From Patescibacteria group bacterium (lineage in GTDB: Bacteria; Patescibacteriota; Minisyncoccia; Phycocordibacterales; JACOZG01), in NCBI GenBank assembly GCA_034658935.1, contig JAYEGE010000001.1:46295-110294 (forward strand): a DNA stretch of 64,000 bases. Reading direction: 5' to 3'. Below the pieces are notes generated by a model. The model had not been told where the DNA came from. It worked only from the letters and a program-made list of their open reading frames with translations, and ran no database searches. Position numbers and translations under genes: made by a program. Positions 62,113-64,000 of the stretch are shown here, in pieces (within the stretch, counting starts at the first letter, position 1; the number at the start of each line of letters is the position of its first letter).

Positions 62113-64000
62113 ATGGCTTTCGTCCACCTCCACACCCACTCCCATTATTCACTCCTCGACGGCTTATCTAAAATACCCGCCCTCGTCAAGAAGGCTAAGA
62201 GTTCGGGGCAAACAGCCATTGCCTTAACCGACCACGGCAATCTCTACGGAGCAATCAGTTTTTACCAAGAATGCCAAAAAGCTGAGATCAAACCGATTAT
62301 CGGCGTAGAAGCTTACATCGCCAACCGCACCCGTTTCGATAAAGAACCAAACCTCGACAATAAACGTTACCATCTCTCGCTCTTGGCCGAGAACATGACC
62401 GGTTATCGCAACCTAATTAAGTTGGTCACCGCTTCTTACCTCGAGGGCTATTATTACAAACCGCGTATGGACAAAAATCTCCTCCGCCAATTTAGCGAAG
62501 GGGTTATTTGCTTGTCTGGCTGTATGGGTTCTGAACTCTCACGCGCATTGTGGAACAAAGACGGCCCATTGGCCGAGCAAATAGTCCTAGAGCATCAAGA
62601 GATCTTCGGCGTCGGCAATTATTATCTCGAGCTCATGCATCACCCCAAGCTCGAGCGCCAAACGGAATTGCGGGAAGAAACCGTCAAGCTGGCTCGCAAA
62701 CTGAATATCCCCCTAGTCGCTACTCAAGACTCCCATTACCTAGATCTCGACGACGCCGAGGCTCAGGCCATGCTCCGAGCAGTCCAAAGTGGTAATTTCG
62801 AAGACATTAAGCGCTTCAGTAATGAGGAGGAGGATTTCTCTCTCATTAGCGAGAAGAAAATGCGGGAGCACTTCGCCGACACCCCTGAAGCAGTAGACAA
62901 TACTGCCTTGATCGCCGACCGTTGCAAGCTCAACATTACTTTAGGTAAATTTATTTTCCCTCGCTTCCCCATTCCCGCCGGTGAGACAGATGACTCGCAA
63001 TTAGAAAAACTCTCCATGGCAGGGTTGAAGGAGCGAGGCCTAGGCGAAAGCGAGGCGGCCCTAGAGCGCCTCCGGCATGAGTTAGGAGTGATCAAGATGA
63101 AGGGATACGCTTCTTATTTCTTAGTAGTGGAAGATCTTATCCGCTATGCCCGCGATCATGGTATCTACTACAATATTCGTGGTTCAGTTGCTGGCTCAAT
63201 GACCACCTATGCCCTGAACGTGACCAGTGTGGACCCCCTAGAATACCGCATCCCCTTCGAGCGCTTCTTAAATCCCGACCGCCCTTCAGCCCCCGATATT
63301 GATATGGACTTTGCCGATAGTCGTCGGGATGAGATTATCACCTATGCTCGAGAAAAATATGGCGAGGACAAAGTCGCTCAAATTGGAACTTTCGGCTCAA
63401 TGATGGCCCGCGGCTCTGTGCGAGACGTTGCTCGAGCCTTGGGTTACCCTTACGATGTTGGTGATAAAATCTCCCGCCTAATCCCTATTGGCTCACAGGG
63501 TTTCCTCATGACCATAGACAAGGCGCTCGAGACCACGCCAGAACTTAAAGAAGAATACGACACGGACGCCGACACTAAACGGATTATCGATTTATCGAAA
63601 AAGATTGAGGGCAATTCTCGACATATCTCAGTCCACGCCGCCGGCGTGGTAATCTCCCCTGGCCCACTAACAGACTATGTCCCCCTCCAATATGACCCCA
63701 AGGGCGGCAAAATTATCACCCAATACGACATGTATTCCGTTGGTGAAGATGGCGTCGGTCTGACAAAATTTGACTTCCTCGGCCTCCGCAACCTCACCAT
63801 CCTCGCCAGCGCTGTTGAGTTAATAAAACAAATCCACGACATCGAAATTGACCTGGAACGTATCCCTCTTGACGACAAAAAAACCTTCGAGATGCTAACT
63901 CGAGGAGAAACCATAGGCCTCTTCCAACTCAACGGTTCTGGCATGACCAAGTGGCTCAAGGAACTTAGGCCAACTGGCATCGACGATATCAACGCCATGG
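62113..64000 (+). CDS. dnaE: DNA polymerase III alpha subunit (5' part, runs off window)
   Basis: Manual translation MAFVHLHTHSHYSLLDG..ALTDHGN..RGSVAGS..FERFLNP..PDIDMDF..HAAGVV..KFDFLGL. Confidence 0.97.
   Translation, partial: MAFVHLHTHSHYSLLDGLSKIPALVKKAKSSGQTAIALTDHGNLYGAISFYQECQKAEIKPIIGVEAYIANRTRFDKEPNLDNKRYHLSLLAENMTGYRNLIKLVTASYLEGYYYKPRMDKNLLRQFSEGVICLSGCMGSELSRALWNKDGPLAEQIVLEHQEIFGVGNYYLELMHHPKLERQTELREETVKLARKLNIPLVATQDSHYLDLDDAEAQAMLRAVQSGNFEDIKRFSNEEEDFSLISEKKMREHFADTPEAVDNTALIADRCKLNITLGKFIFPRFPIPAGETDDSQLEKLSMAGLKERGLGESEAALERLRHELGVIKMKGYASYFLVVEDLIRYARDHGIYYNIRGSVAGSMTTYALNVTSVDPLEYRIPFERFLNPDRPSAPDIDMDFADSRRDEIITYAREKYGEDKVAQIGTFGSMMARGSVRDVARALGYPYDVGDKISRLIPIGSQGFLMTIDKALETTPELKEEYDTDADTKRIIDLSKKIEGNSRHISVHAAGVVISPGPLTDYVPLQYDPKGGKIITQYDMYSVGEDGVGLTKFDFLGLRNLTILASAVELIKQIHDIEIDLERIPLDDKKTFEMLTRGETIGLFQLNGSGMTKWLKELRPTGIDDINAM

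Noticed and set aside
62550-63998. Short ORFs listed in the track at the window end
   Set aside because: Alternate frames of dnaE, which the track missed because it has no stop within the window

Overview
Chromosomal segment of a small-genome Patescibacteria/CPR bacterium, probably Parcubacteria. This is inferred from gene content: split transketolase, NusB-Nudix fusion, short SMC/DnaX/UvrC, a GT4-GH57-GH15 module and almost no Shine-Dalgarno sites on core genes. The genetic code is standard. Most genes lie on the minus strand: ddl, a two-component pair, uvrCAB, tgt, dnaX, dus, a cell-envelope cluster, serS, a pentose-phosphate/gap operon, htpX/lemA, groESL, smc-rnc-nusB-rpmF-rnhB. secG, rnj and the 5' part of dnaE lie on the plus strand. 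There are two tRNAs (Gln-TTG, Ser-GGA). The most striking signal is a REP-associated tyrosine transposase (RAYT) with cognate hairpins on both sides and inside its own ORF, plus at least three more families of palindromic/structured mini-elements. Several copies sit in frame inside housekeeping genes (uvrB, tgt, dus, rnhB) and are translated into extra peptide. One 114-bp structured element shows compensatory base changes between its coding copy (dus) and an intergenic copy lying downstream of a near-perfect sigma70 promoter. Other oddities: an orphan secretin with an amber codon exactly at the signal-peptide cleavage site, self-contained promoter-SD-ORFan-terminator mini-cassettes in an otherwise leaderless-looking genome, two candidate ncRNAs, and a tRNA-Ser whose 3' trailer is antisense to its own T-arm. 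All assignments come from reading motifs by eye; no database searches were run.
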